Shown: one piece after another, positions 1 through 11,979 of the stretch
Layout: the number at the start of each line of letters is the position of its first letter
How positions within the stretch are numbered: position 1 is the stretch's first letter
NCBI RefSeq assembly: GCF_009834535.1
Contig: NC_045696.1
Location: 98,520,001 to 98,584,000 of the forward strand
DNA: 64,000 nt
Direction: 5' to 3'
From: Camelus ferus
Taxonomy: Eukaryota
Program-made: the position numbers and the translations under genes
Notes under the pieces: generated by a model
Seen by the model: only the letters and a program-made list of their open reading frames with translations
Database searches by the model: none
What the model was told of the DNA's origin: nothing

Positions 1-590
1 ACTAATAGCACGGAATATGCAAATTAAGGTAACAGTGATATATCACTTTATTCCCATCAACCTGGCAAAACTTAAAAATAACTATTGCTGCCGGGAAAGT
101 AGTAATGTGAATGGTTACAGCCTACTTGGAAAGCAGGTTACAGCCTATTTGGAAAGCAGTCCAGCAATCCCTATTAAAATTAATACTACGCAGACTTTAT
201 CTTAGGAATTCAATTTGTGAAATGCCTTTATAAAAATAAAATAGTAAATAAGAATACACATAGAGGGATGTTTACTACTGCATTGGTAAATATCATGAAA
301 CTGCTGTAATGAATCAGAGCATGTGCTGGTTAACTTAGTGGGCTTTGCCCTATGTATTGTTGAGTGAGAAAAGATAGGCATGAATGACATGATCCACTAT
401 TCGTAAAAGAAGGATATGCATTCCTACATTTGTAAATGTTATATATAATGGTAGGAATATTCATGTTTGTGTGTATTTCATAAGATTATATAAACACGGA
501 AAATATAGAAGGATATTTAGGAGGTTGTGAACATGGGACACTTTCCTGGGGATAAGATGAGAAGGAAAAGAGGGAGGGAGGAGCGTCTCT
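1..590 (+). mobile_element. Old L1 (L1M-type) ORF2 C-terminus and 3' UTR fragment
   Basis: ATGCAAATTAAGGTAACAGTGATATATCACTT translates as MQIKVTVIYHF, resembling the L1 ORF2 MQIKTTMRYH motif; heavily decayed. Confidence 0.75.
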
Positions 591-604
591 CCTCCGTGGG
601 GAGA

Positions 605-850
605 GCATACTACAGTAGAAATACACCAGGCTTTAAATCAGACTTACTGAGGCTGTAAACCCAGCCTAGACATTAATTAGTTGTTATGACCTTGGACAAC
701 ATGCTTAATGGTTCTTGCCCTCAGCTTACTTACCTATAAAATGGGGAGAAGGAAACCCATGTGGGAGGTCTGTGCTAGAGACTGAATTACATACTGTGTG
801 TGAGCATGCTTGGCAAAGTACTTAGCACATTGCAGGACTCAGTAGGTTAC
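605..850 (+). mobile_element. MIR SINE
   Basis: MIR core GACCTTGGACAA...CCTCAGCTTACTTACCTATAAAATGGGG and 3' end AAAGTACTTAGCACA. Confidence 0.85.
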
Positions 851-3302
851 ACAAAAAACGAATCAACATCAACTGAAGACTTGGATAGAATGGGAGCCAG
901 AAAAATCATGTAGTGCTGAATTTAATGGATATTTTTGATGTGGCAGCCATTTGAAAAATGATTATGCACAATTAGTTGCCTTCATTCCCTGTAACACCAA
1001 GGTGCAATAATCTTGGAACAGTCTGCGCGGGATTCAGGTTTGCACAGTAGGATCTCGCCTTGCCTTGGCTAGCTTGCATGCCTGTTCCAAGTTGTTTTTA
1101 TATCTTGTACAGATGGATCATGCTTTCAAATACACCAACTTGTCCTCCACAAAGGAAGAACTTATGAAGTCCTGTGGTTTTCATTTCATGTAAAGTGGAT
1201 GTAATTTTTTTAGATCGTTCAGCTAAGATTATAGGTGCTCTTCTCTAATAGAATTTTCTTCTTATGTATTGGCCTCATTTTTAAGAAAATAGGTTTACTT
1301 GTACACTAAATCCATCCAAACTGGAGGTCTGGCTAGATAGGAGCCAGATAAGTAAGACAGCACTGAACTTCGTAGATATTTTTGATATAGAAAGCTCTGT
1401 GAAACTTGATTATGTACAATTTACTTTTGAAAGAAAACTTTGCCATTAAATCAAGTTGTGAACTGTGACAACTGACATTGGGGGACATTTGAAATATTAT
1501 TATGAAGTTTAACTTTTCTAAACACTGGAAGAAATTTGGTGGAGTTTTAAGTATGTGGCTCATTTGACTTTAATTTGTTCTAATATTTTAAAAATATTTT
1601 GCTGTAATTCATAATCCAGACATCTTTCTGACGTTCAGTTTTTCCACTTACAAAATGGAATTCACTTGTGAGTCCTTTAAGGCATTTTAACAGTGATCCT
1701 CTAACATCTTTTAAATTAGTCCATTGTAGATCATCAGTTAATCCAGAATCTTTCATTTTTCCACTGGCAATTACAATTTTCCTCCTATGTTAGGGTTCCC
1801 CCATCTGGAAAAGCTCCTTCTTCACATTTCTCTAATAGCATTGCACTCTTTTATAGCTCTTTAGGTACCTCCTATAGAGCAACACTTACTGAACCAACAT
1901 ACTTTATGAGGCAAAATCTAAAACAGACACTTCCATCCAAACTAACCCTGGCAGTTCATAAAATCATTCTTTAATTGTCTTCCTCAGGTCATTGTTCCAT
2001 TTTTGGTAAAAATTTGCTCTACTCCGAATGGCCCCATTTGGACAGGACAGGCTGATTCGCTGGGCTTGCTACTTAGGTCCAGACTGCACTGCTTGCTGTA
2101 GACAAAAGAACCCCTATTTATTTCTGTACCATAGATGCTTATTTTTGCATGTCAAGCTCCTTGAAAGGTGTTTTGGCTCTTCTTAATAGTTCCTAGAATT
2201 GCTTTTAATAAGCAGCTCTAAAATCCCTACTTTAAGAACAGGATCCATGCATTGTTATATGTCGTTTTTCATTTGTATGAATTTCTTCATATGTTTTTCA
2301 ACTCAAAAACGAGTACTTCTTATTGTAACTGGTGAAATAATGCACAAGAAAAACGTAATAAAGATGCCAATTAGCACACATTCTTTTCACTCCCATTCTC
2401 ATAAGGTTACAAGCTTTGCTTTTCTACATGCTCACACAAATGAATACAAGCACATAAATGCAAAAAAAAAAATGTAGTTTTGGTTGGTTGATTATTTTAT
2501 TATCAGAATAGTAGCATAATAAACATTTCCTTTCAACTTGCTCTTGCTTTTGTTCACTTAATACCTCATGGATAACCCTATATATCAGTAGAGATTCATC
2601 TTTGATTTTTTTTCTGCCTTAATACATACACATAAATATGTACAGAAATGGGAATAAATAATACCAGCTTGATATATTTTAGAACAGTATTTTTTCTTTT
2701 TTTCGTTTAGATGTATGTCCCTTACCTTGGCAGTTAACCTCACAGATCCTTCTCCTTCGATCTTTAAACAAATTCTGCCTCTGTTTTTTTAGTCCCCACC
2801 TTTTGGGAATGATGGGTACACCTACTGTTTGAACAGCCACGAAAGATGCTTCGTCACTTTATACAATGCATCATTGCCTGAATTCTCAATTAATATTAAA
2901 TGCCAGAGAGTAATTAAGTCACCAAAGAAATGGCTCCATCTCCCTCAGATTTTAATATGACCGGCCTGTTATTCTTCAGGTTCTATAGGGGCTTGATGAA
3001 CATCTCAGAGGTGAAACCTGAGTGAGCTATTAAGACAACAAGAAGGTTTGATAGCTCGAATCCCCACATACTTCTCGGGCTGCTTGACGTGGAGTCCACG
3101 GTCCATGATTTTTCCCCGAGGAGCGTCATGCTTGTGAATTATACATAGGTTCAGCTCAGATCAGCGAAAGGTTAGACTATGGGAATACCAACCCTAAGAA
3201 AATGGTTTTCCTCACAAAATATTTATATTTTTGGGGGGGTATTCTAAACATTTTTTCCTCGAGTCTCAGCCCCCATCTTCACATATGCTAAATCTTGGCA
3301 TC

Positions 3303-3620
3303 TGTAATGGTGAGGGTGCTGTGATGTGCTGCTCAGATGCCCCTTCAGGAAAGGAGGACTTGCCACCCCCGCTGCTGAGGGTACCACCAGCCCTCTTCAG
3401 AAACTGTCTCAGCCAAGATAGCCACCTGGCCCGTGGTCACACCTCTCTGAGATTTAAAAGCCCAGCCCTCTCACCCTGATTCAGGACAGCTCTGAAGGGG
3501 CGCCCGTTCTTCAGAACGTCCCATGCATCAGCCGACGCTTCCAGTGTAACTACCGCGCACCGCAGATCCTCCAGCTGCGCCATCTCGCTTCTTCCATATC
3601 CTTCCACCTGAGAGTATTCA
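3303..3620 (+). mobile_element. ERVL LTR16-type LTR fragment
   Basis: GCTGTGATGTGCTGCTCAGATGCCCCTTCAGGA and TTCAGGACAGCTCTGAAGGG resemble the LTR16 consensus as I recall it. Confidence 0.7.
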
Positions 3621-3659
3621 TATGTCAGGCTCATCTTTTCACCCAGAATGCCTCCTCCT

Positions 3660-4640
3660 TGATCTTTCCTCTGCTTTTAAGAGAAGCATCATTTATCTAA
3701 GCTTGAAATCTCTTAATCATCTTCAAAATTTTCCTTTCCTTCCTACCTGATGCCTGTCAGTTATCAGGTTTTTCCCATTTATTCCTTCACAGTGTGTCTC
3801 ACAGTTGTGCTTTCTTTTCCCCAGTTCAGGCTTTTATTGCTACATTTACACAATGATAGCTTCACTCTCTCCAGCTCTGTCCTTTCCATCTATTTTGCAC
3901 TCTACAGCTGAATATTCTTCCCATATTTCTAGTTATATAATTTAATGTGCCCGAGCAAAGCCACCAGACTGGACACTGGTGCTCTTCACCAGTGTTTCCA
4001 GTTCCCTCCGCTCGGCACATGATAAGACTGCCCTTCCATTCTTCTGTGAAATTAGATACTTACTTTGGCCAATGAAATGTTGGTCACTTCTGGGTGGAAG
4101 CCCTTGAGTCTGTGTACACGTAGCTTTTTCCTGTCCCGCTCCCATGGTGACGTTTTAGATGGTGAGACCTTTCGGACGGTTAACACCGCATCCCTGGATG
4201 AGGACAACACAGAGAAAACTCCTCACCGACTCGAGGTGAACATGTAGCAGGAATAAGAGAGAAACTTTTTCTCTTGTTTTAAACCACTAAGGTTTTTATT
4301 TTAAGCCTCAGCATAACTTAATCTATTCTGTATCATTCAGGTTCCTACTGGGCAACCAGGATAAATTGAACTTCTTGAGCCTTTCCTTCAAAATCCTCCT
4401 CTACTTGGTCCTAACCCAACTTCCCAGTTCTGACTCCCACTCTTTTCTTAGATGACTCTCCAGCTCTGGCTAACTTGATCTCCTTGTTTCATTCTGGAAC
4501 TTACTCTAGAGTTACTTTTGATCACTTTGTTCTATTTCTAGGGCTTCCTACTCATTTTCCTTTCCCATTCAAATTCTTTGCTGCCTTCAAGCTAGGCTTA
4601 ATCCTGCCTTCTCCATGAAGCTTTCCCTCACCACCCCAAA
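3660..4640 (+). mobile_element. L2 LINE fragment, split by the MLT1 LTR at 3930-4335
   Basis: Pyrimidine-rich L2 3' region, e.g. CCTTCTCCATGAAGCTTTCCCTCACCACCCC. Confidence 0.6.
3930..4335 (+). mobile_element. MaLR MLT1 (J-like) solo LTR
   Basis: ACTTTGGCCAATGAAATG...CACTTCTGGGTGGAAGC and 3' end TTGTTTTAAACCACTAAG...CAGCATAACTTA. Confidence 0.8.
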
Positions 4641-4799
4641 GTCATGTGGCCTTTTAAAGTCAAGTAACATCATGTGAACCAGCCTGAATGCCTGTCTCTT
4701 AAGTGGAGGATAAAACATTATGATTCACACTCCCCCTTGCCCTAAAAAAGCAGTATTGCTGTACTCTGAAATAATAGTTTCAGAATGATCTGAATCCTT

Positions 4800-5370
4800 A
4801 CATCACCATTCACTAGGAAGTGGTGTGCATATTCTTCTGTCTCAGAGTATCTCACCAGAGACAGTTAGTGGTCACCACTTAAATGCATCATATCAATAAT
4901 GCAGTTAAATGATGTGCAATTACTGTGATATACATGGTACATTTTTAGTATTCACACGGAAGGCTCATGGGCTGCGTATGTAAAATTATGTTTCAGTGTT
5001 ATGGCAAAGCACCTATATCTTTATTAATAGTTTTCTTTAGGTAGCAAGTATCTATTTCTTTAGAATAACAAGTTTGCTTCTTACTTTTCACTTCCATTGA
5101 AAGTTTTTTATAATTTTAAGCATCTAATAATTTTTACACTGTCAGTGTAAGCAGTAATATTGATTTTTATTTCTTATGTGTAGGTAAAATCCGAAGTAAT
5201 CTTATAACATTTGAAGTTAAAAAACTTATATATTCAATTTCAATCAGCTTTCATTGAAACAGGAAATGTCACAGATATGTTCTACTGACAAAATACAAAA
5301 TTTATCAATTAATTTTAAAATAATTATACAAATAATAATCTCATGTATTAAATAATACTCCTTGAATTAG
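4800..5370 (-). mobile_element. Possible hAT transposase C-terminal (dimerisation domain) remnant
   Basis: Minus strand, allowing frameshifts, reads ..RTYL-TFPVS...SF..LQML*DYF, resembling the hAT consensus RIFLTIPVTSASAERSFSKLKLIKNYLR. Confidence 0.45.
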
Positions 5371-5512
5371 TTTAGTTTTCATATGTGTGTTGGAGAAGAG
5401 TAAGGAGAGACGGAGGGGGAGGAGAGAGAGAAAGCAGTAACTTCTGTTTTCTGGTCCAAATATTTTTCTTGATTGACACACTTGGAATAAATCCTTATGG
5501 TCTTTTATTTTA

Positions 5513-5607
5513 TTTTATTTTATTTTTAAATGGAGCTACCAAAGGTTGAACCCAGGACTTCATGCATGCCAGGCATGTGCTCTACCAGTGAGCTATACTC
5601 ACCCTCC
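5513..5607 (-). mobile_element. tRNA-derived SINE, Vic-1-like (camelid)
   Basis: Reverse complement GGAGGGTGAGTATAGCTCACTGGTAGAGCACATGCC...GTCCTGGGTTCAACC has A and B boxes and an (AAAAT)n tail. TSD ATGGTCttTtATTTTA (5497-5512) / ATGGTCatTaATTTTA (5608-5623), 14/16 identical. Confidence 0.85.
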
Positions 5608-6329
5608 ATGGTCATTAATTTTAATTGTAAATAATTCATGTAGAGTTTTTATCCTCAGATAGTGACACCATTTTATTTTTAACTTCCCCTAAATTGTTAA
5701 AAGTGATTGTCTTAGACCATTCTAATATTCATTTAGCAAACATTTATTGAGCATCAATTAAGTGCCAGCCACTGTGCAAGTCACGAGGGAGGTAGATGAA
5801 CAAAGCACCGTTTTTGGCTTCAGATTACTCACAAGCTAATGAGATCATTAGTGACTGTAGCAACTGCACCGTTTGCTCCAATCATCATGTGATTTTAGGA
5901 TTACCTCCCAAACTCAGTTACCTGTAAATTCTGTCTATGAAGAGGCAGAACTCTACCTTTGCCTCCTGTGGACAATTGTGGCATAATTGAAGTAGTACTG
6001 AACTTGAAATAAAGAGTATTACATTTTTATTCTGGCTCAGCTACTCCCTAACCTGTCACATTTTGCAAAGAAATTAAACTTTCTGAGTAATATGGACCCC
6101 TAAAATCCATATTTATTTCATAAAATGTATAGAGGATTAGAAGTTAAAAGCTATGAAAATAATATACATGTGTTATTTTGAAGTTTCTGATCGTCTCCAT
6201 GTTAAGTGGTTTCTTTTCCTCTTGAGTTCTGTGGAGGAATAATCACACTAAGCCAATTTCACTGCCTGAAATTTGTAGCTGAAATGTATCATTCTTATCA
6301 TCATCATCATTATCTGAGTTAACAATTTT

Positions 6330-6750
6330 GGCATGAATTCTATATACCATGCAGTGGGCTAGGCTATATGTTTAGATCAGTGTTTCCCAACCTTAGCTGC
6401 ACATTAGAATCACATGGATAGCTTTTAAAAAACCAAATGCCCAGGTTCTATTCCAGACCAATTACATCAGGATCTGTGGGGGAGGGATCCAGGCACTAGC
6501 ACTTTCTAAAGCTCCCAAGGTGATTTCAATTAGGTTGAGAACAACTCCTTTGATTAATTATCTCATTAAATCTTTATAAAACCCCTGAAAGTAAAGATGT
6601 TCATTTCCATTTTGTACAGAGGAAGCTTAGGCTTAGCAAAATCAAAGACTTTATTCAATGTCACATACCCAGTTAGTGGCAGAGTTTGGATTCAAATCCA
6701 GGTCTGTCTAGTGTCAGAGTATGTGTTCTTTTTCTTAAGCTCTATTAATA
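6330..6750 (-). mobile_element. MIR split by MER5A
   Basis: CCATTTTGTACAGAGGAAGCTTAGGCTTAG...GTTAGTGGCAGAGTTTGGATTCAAATCCAGG. Confidence 0.8.
6378..6547. mobile_element. MER5A-type hAT-Charlie MITE
   Basis: TIRs CAGTGTTTCCCAACCT ... AGGTTGAGAACAACT; internal GCTGCACATTAGAATCAC. Confidence 0.85.
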
Positions 6751-7089
6751 CAATGTCAACTCTCTTTTGCCTACGCTCCAGAATGGAAGATCTAAGATGA
6801 GAGGATTCTGTGCTCTGCTTAGTTCTACTATTTTGGGATTTCCCCTTCTTAATATAGTATGTTTTTGATAGATAGGGATTAACTATTTAACTTAATTGAG
6901 GTATTAGAGAAATTTAGGAATGAAGATGTTCCTGTTACAGCTAACAAAGCAAGGAGCTTCATTATTTGATATAAATAATGGGTATGATAATTTGATGCAG
7001 TCTGCAAAAGATGTGGGCAGAGGTGAGAAGGAATGGAATACAAGTTTAGTAATTTTAGAAAGCAGGTAAAAATGCTGAGCCTTTTAATG

Positions 7090-7420
7090 ACAATTTTCCT
7101 TTTTTATTTGTGTGTGTGTGTATATATATATACTCCTTTTCTTTATCTTTAAACTTTATGTTATTTGCTATTTGGTTAGAATCTTGTAATAGACATAGCA
7201 TAAAGTTGAATTTTTTTTAATGCAATTTATGAGTCAGACTTTCTTTTTTTGAGTCTTAGTCTATTAATACCTAGGTTTAACCCAGTCACATTTACTGTAC
7301 ATACTGATACATTTGGACACATTTTTGCCTTATTATTCTGTGTTTTCTGATTATGATTCCCTATCTATATTTTGTTTTCCTTTCTTTTCTACGTTCTTTC
7401 AGATTTTTTTACAGTTTTGA
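7090..7420 (-). mobile_element. Old L1 fragment (inter-ORF/ORF2 start region)
   Basis: T-rich antisense L1 motif GTTTAACCCAGTCACATTTACTGTA. Confidence 0.55.
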
Positions 7421-7422
7421 AA

Positions 7423-7523
7423 TTGCACTAGTCAGGGTCTTTATCTGCAAACAGCAGAAATAGACTCTAGCTGATCTGAGCAGAAAAAGCATTGATGAAA
7501 ACAATATTGAGTAGCTATTGAAA
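7423..7523 (-). mobile_element. MLT1 (K/L-like) LTR end fragment
   Basis: TAGTCAGGGTCTTTATCTGCAAACAGCAGAAATAGACTCTAGCTGATCTGAGCAGAAAA. Confidence 0.6.
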
Positions 7524-7525
7524 TT

Positions 7526-8184
7526 AGCTGATAAGATTGTGTGGGGTGAACTTTTGAGGTGGTTTCTTTCTGACTGACTGTAAGCTTAAAGTAATTGACA
7601 AGGATCACAGTACATATTTTAATGAAACTCATTCTAATGAATTATTTATAAAAAGAGTTACCATGTGTTCCTATTTATGACTATCATCCCAAATTAATTA
7701 GTAATAATGCCTCAATTTATTGTATCAATTTTATTGTATAAAAAAATAATGAATAGGGTTCAGGATGATTGTTACCTGGTTTGAGGTGACAGGTTGGTGG
7801 TAAAGAGTATTGTAAAATTAGATGTAGATTGTTGAGGCCATAATTTTTGTTTTGAGGTGTTGGGTTTCCTGGTGGTAATTATGTTACCAAAATATGAATA
7901 AATGGATGGAAGAAAAAAAGCAAAACATACATAGACCAATTATAGGTAGGTGTGAATCAAGGATCATGAGTAATCTAATTCTGTGTACTTGCAGTTTAGG
8001 GGAAAAACTTATAGTTAAACCAACAAAAAACTAGTATTCTAGACTCTGCAAGGAGCAGAGATTATGTGTAATTTATTACCTAACTCAATTTAAATTTGCT
8101 TTTGTTTGACAATAATTAGATAATTCAGATTTTTGGAGAAACAGACCTCAATAATTTACCCAATTGTACACAATCTTATCAGCT
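7526..8184. repeat. Segment bounded by ~50-bp imperfect inverted repeats, containing an L1ME-like 3' fragment
   Basis: AGCTGATAAGATTGTGT (7526-7542) is the exact reverse complement of ACACAATCTTATCAGCT (8168-8184); similarity continues inward. Confidence 0.8.
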
Positions 8185-9409
8185 GTTTCTTGGATCAGAG
8201 AATATGCCGTTGTAACTATATTTAAAAATAGCTTAGTTTAAAAAAAAAATAGCTTAGTTTAGCACTGTTTCAACATATAGGCCATCGTAGAGTTTTCTAG
8301 AGGTGAACACTACCTGCGTCTTGACAAGACCATTGCCCCACCAGGTAACCCTGAGCTGTGTGTAATTCTCGAGGTTTCCTGGCTGGATTTCACTCCGAGG
8401 TCTGTGACCGACACACTAAGCTCCCTCCCCCTGCACTTGCCTAAGTCCTTTGTATCCTGTCATTTTCAACTTAGATGTCACCTGGGAAACCTTCCCCAGC
8501 CTCGCTACCACCTACTTCTGCCTGGGCTAAATTTATTTCTCTGTGTTCCAGTGTCTATATTATAGAATCTAGAAGATTGTATGTTTGCTTGAGTTTTTTC
8601 CACAATAGACTATGAGCTCCAGATGGGCAAAAATCTATGCTTCTTTCATTTCTGTATCTCCTTATTTGACTCTATGTCAGATATCTATGTTTTCTTCATT
8701 TGTATATACACTTTTTGGTGTACAATTTATGAGTCAAGTTGAAAAATGCTTCTTATTCTTTTGTGCAGCTATACTTTACAACTTAAAAAAAGATACTCAC
8801 AGTTATGTTCATTGGGTAAATGTTAAGTAAGTGCCTCAAATTATATATGTTTCAGCACGTGACTACCAGACCCACCTTAGTCAGAGACACACATGCTATA
8901 GTTATGGCCACTATTTTATCTGACAGCAAAGCTACCCATCTTACTGGAAAGGATCCCATTTCCCAATTGGACATAAAGAACACTTAAGGAAGTGCTGTGC
9001 TTGGAAGAAAACATTGCTTCATGGAGTTTATGTCAACCCACTGACCATACGTAAATATTCATATACACACTTTCTGCCTCGGTTGTGAGTGAGTGGACTT
9101 TTGCTTTGCATTTCCAGAACTATGCTTTAGAATTGCTTCAAGATATTAGTTAGCAACAAAACACACCTTATTGTTAATTTAGCTAATAATAATCAGTTGA
9201 AACAACTAGAACTCCCAGAGAAGAGTGGCTATACTCTGAGCCATACCACGGTCCTGGGATTCGCCATTTTTCTGCACTGGCACGAACATGAAGGACAGCA
9301 GCGTAAGAAGGCTAGCAAATCTAGAATGCTCTTTAAAAAGTTCTTGAGCCTATCTCCCCTATTCTCTCAATACCTAACTTGTTTTCTGCTAATAAAAATC
9401 CCTTAGTGA

Positions 9410-9635
9410 TAGAGTGTGGTTAGTGGGAAGGGAATGGGATTTAAATTGAAACAGAGGAGGATTTAAATCCTGGCTTTAGCTTCACACTCGATCAAGTTCC
9501 TTAACCTTTCCGCGACTCAGTTTCCCTATCTATGAAAATGGAGACGAGGGTACGCTGAAGATTATCGTGAGGGGTACAGAACGGTGCACTGAATGCACTA
9601 GGCAGAGAATTCATGCTCAGTGATTAGTTGCCTTT
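9410..9635 (+). mobile_element. MIR SINE
   Basis: CAAGTTCCTTAACCTTTCCGCGACTCAGTTTCCCTATCTATGAAAATGG. Confidence 0.85.
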
Positions 9636-10951
9636 ATTACAAGACACAGTAGGAAGAGAAGACCAATTATCTAAATCTTTGCATTAAAAAAAATTTTTTT
9701 TTCTGCAGTGGATGAGCTTTGGTTTTAGGGCTGTGTGTACATCTCATTTCAGAATGAGTGTTTGTGAGGATTAATGAAGCTCTTGGTAGACCATCACTCT
9801 ATAGCAAAAACAGCCTTTGTGTGACATGGATGCTTTATGATTTCCTCTGAGTAACAGCTAGGGTTCAAAACCATTCTGATTGTAATCTTATTTTATATAC
9901 AAAGTTACATGACCAGTAAAAATCAGGTGATTTGGAAGTAAAGACATTCTTCTTAATACCTTGAATGTACAGGTTATCAGGTGAAAGAAAACCTGTTCAT
10001 TATATTCAGAATTAGGCCCATCAACACACTACACACAATAAACAATTCTAGATTTAATCTACAGTTCTTGCACTGTTTTAGATATACATCTTTATCTCTG
10101 AGGCTAGAGGTGAAACTTCTGATCTGTGCTCACTGTGCACGTGACAGAGGCAGTGCTGGGAAGTGGATTGGATGCCGGCGTGTGCCCTACCCTGGCCCAG
10201 GAGATGTATTTGTTTCTTTGTGCAGATCTGAACTCTTTCCCCAAGGCTAGAATTTACAACCCAAAATAATCCTTTAGGTTTTCTTTAGCTCTGATCTAAT
10301 CGCTTCAAATCTGTAGGTTTTTTTTTTTAATTTTAAACTTTCTTCCTGATTCTGAATGAGGATTTAGTTAAATGCCTGTTTAAGAATTGATGAGTAATTT
10401 AAAGGATTTAGGAGAACATTCTGTGCTATTATATGCAAATACATGCCATGCATGGCTCCCTATGTCATTAACCTGGCAGTCATTTCATGCATGACTCCCC
10501 ATCTTATTAAGCTAGCAGTATGGAATATTTGATTTACTAAACTGGTATGAACGACTTAGTGTGCTAATATAGGAATATAACTTTTAAATTTCTTTGGAAT
10601 AACTATCTTCGAAACAGATTCTTGAAGACGATAACATTATTTTGACAGCTGTGCTCAGTTTCTAAAAGTCTATTTTAGGAAGCTTCTTATAACTGCTGGA
10701 AATGTACCTGTGTGATTTGAATGAACCATACAATAATTGAAAATGAAAACCATCCTAGCAATAAGAGCCCGTAGAATTCTGTAGCAAGTGATTCGACAAC
10801 ATAGGTAAATAAATTTGATAGAAGCGTTTGCTTCTAGACAGGATGTTAAACAGTGTATGGTTGCCTGAGAGTCTGCCACTAGGCTCCCAGTTACCCTGAT
10901 GCTCTAAAAACTCTTTTTATAGCCAAGGCCCCCCTGGCTTTCCAGGCTTTC

Positions 10952-10974
10952 GTTGCCATAGCAGCATTCATTGG
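10952..10974. promoter_or_regulatory. Candidate RFX X-box with adjacent inverted CCAAT
   Basis: GTTGCCATAGCAGC matches the palindrome GTTGCCATGGCAAC at 12/14; ATTGG at 10970-10974; lies in non-repeat sequence. Confidence 0.45.
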
Positions 10975-11979
10975 CCATGGGATTTACAGGAAAAAAAAAA
11001 AAAAAAAAGAAGGGGGAGGGGTGCTGCATATTTGTAAAGTTGGTGCAGTGCCAAATGTAGCAGGAATTATAAATGCAGGATGCTGGATTCTGCCTTTAGT
11101 GTCCATTTCAGCTGGCGCCTAATGTCACCCACATAATCGCAAACCACTCTGTCATCATTCAGACCAGCTGCATGAAATGAGACAAAGGGAAATTTAGCAG
11201 CAAGGAAGGGAATGCTAATTTAAAAAGCTTTTAAATGATGTTTTCTATGTTCCTCTATCAACAATATTTTAAAGCCTTTAATTTTTTTCCCCCTACAGTA
11301 GGATTTCCTTGTTGTTGCTGGCTTGACTTGACTGATGACATATTAGCACTAAGTTGGCCAAAAAAATGTCAGAGACTAGAAAGGAGGTCAAATAGATGAA
11401 TCCAAACAGGAGTAGACAGGAAATATTAATAGTAATCTTCAGTTCTTCTAGATTTCATTGCATTTAAATTATATAGATAAATTTGACTTCACTCTTTGCC
11501 TAAGGTGTAATTTTTGAACCTCAAATGTTCAGTGTTTATCAGATATGCCTTTCAATAAACGCTTCCAGATTTGTGATATGTTCATCGTTTCTTCAGTCAT
11601 GACACGTATTTCAGAGTTCACAGGCAACAGGAAAAAAAAATGCTCATGGAGGAAGAAAACCAAGTGAATAAGCCAGGGAGGTTGGTGAACTGTGTCGTGT
11701 AGGGCTCATGTGAGTCATGAATATGTAAGGAAACTGACTAGAAGGAGGGTGGGGAAGATGTTAGGTGGGAAATTGTCGGAGAGAGGGGATATACAATGTA
11801 TTTACTTGCAGCAATTCTAGGATTTTGGCAAGTACACTAGGATATACAAATGGATGAAGTAATCTCTTAAAAGTGTGATAGGTTATTGGTAGATGGCTGG
11901 AAATAGAGAAATTAGCTATGAGAGGACCATCAATGTTTGGCTGAGTCTTTTCTTAGTTAAAGTTGTTTAAAATTTCTTC

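Noticed and set aside
1113..1200. Exon-like segment after TTTTTATATCTTGTACAG
   Set aside because: The donor sites are weak, two frames are closed, the third is unrecognisable, and no partner exons were found.
2722..3175. Splice-like sites on both strands (minus-strand AAG/GTAAG near 2725)
   Set aside because: All frames of the candidate minus-strand exon contain stops; a lncRNA exon cannot be supported without transcripts.
5530..5607. tRNA-like sequence
   Set aside because: It has an A-rich tail, a TSD and disrupted stems, so it is a SINE rather than a tRNA gene.
10447..10519. Spaced direct repeats resembling a CRISPR array
   Set aside because: Only two copies with a 5-bp spacer, in mammalian DNA with no cas genes.
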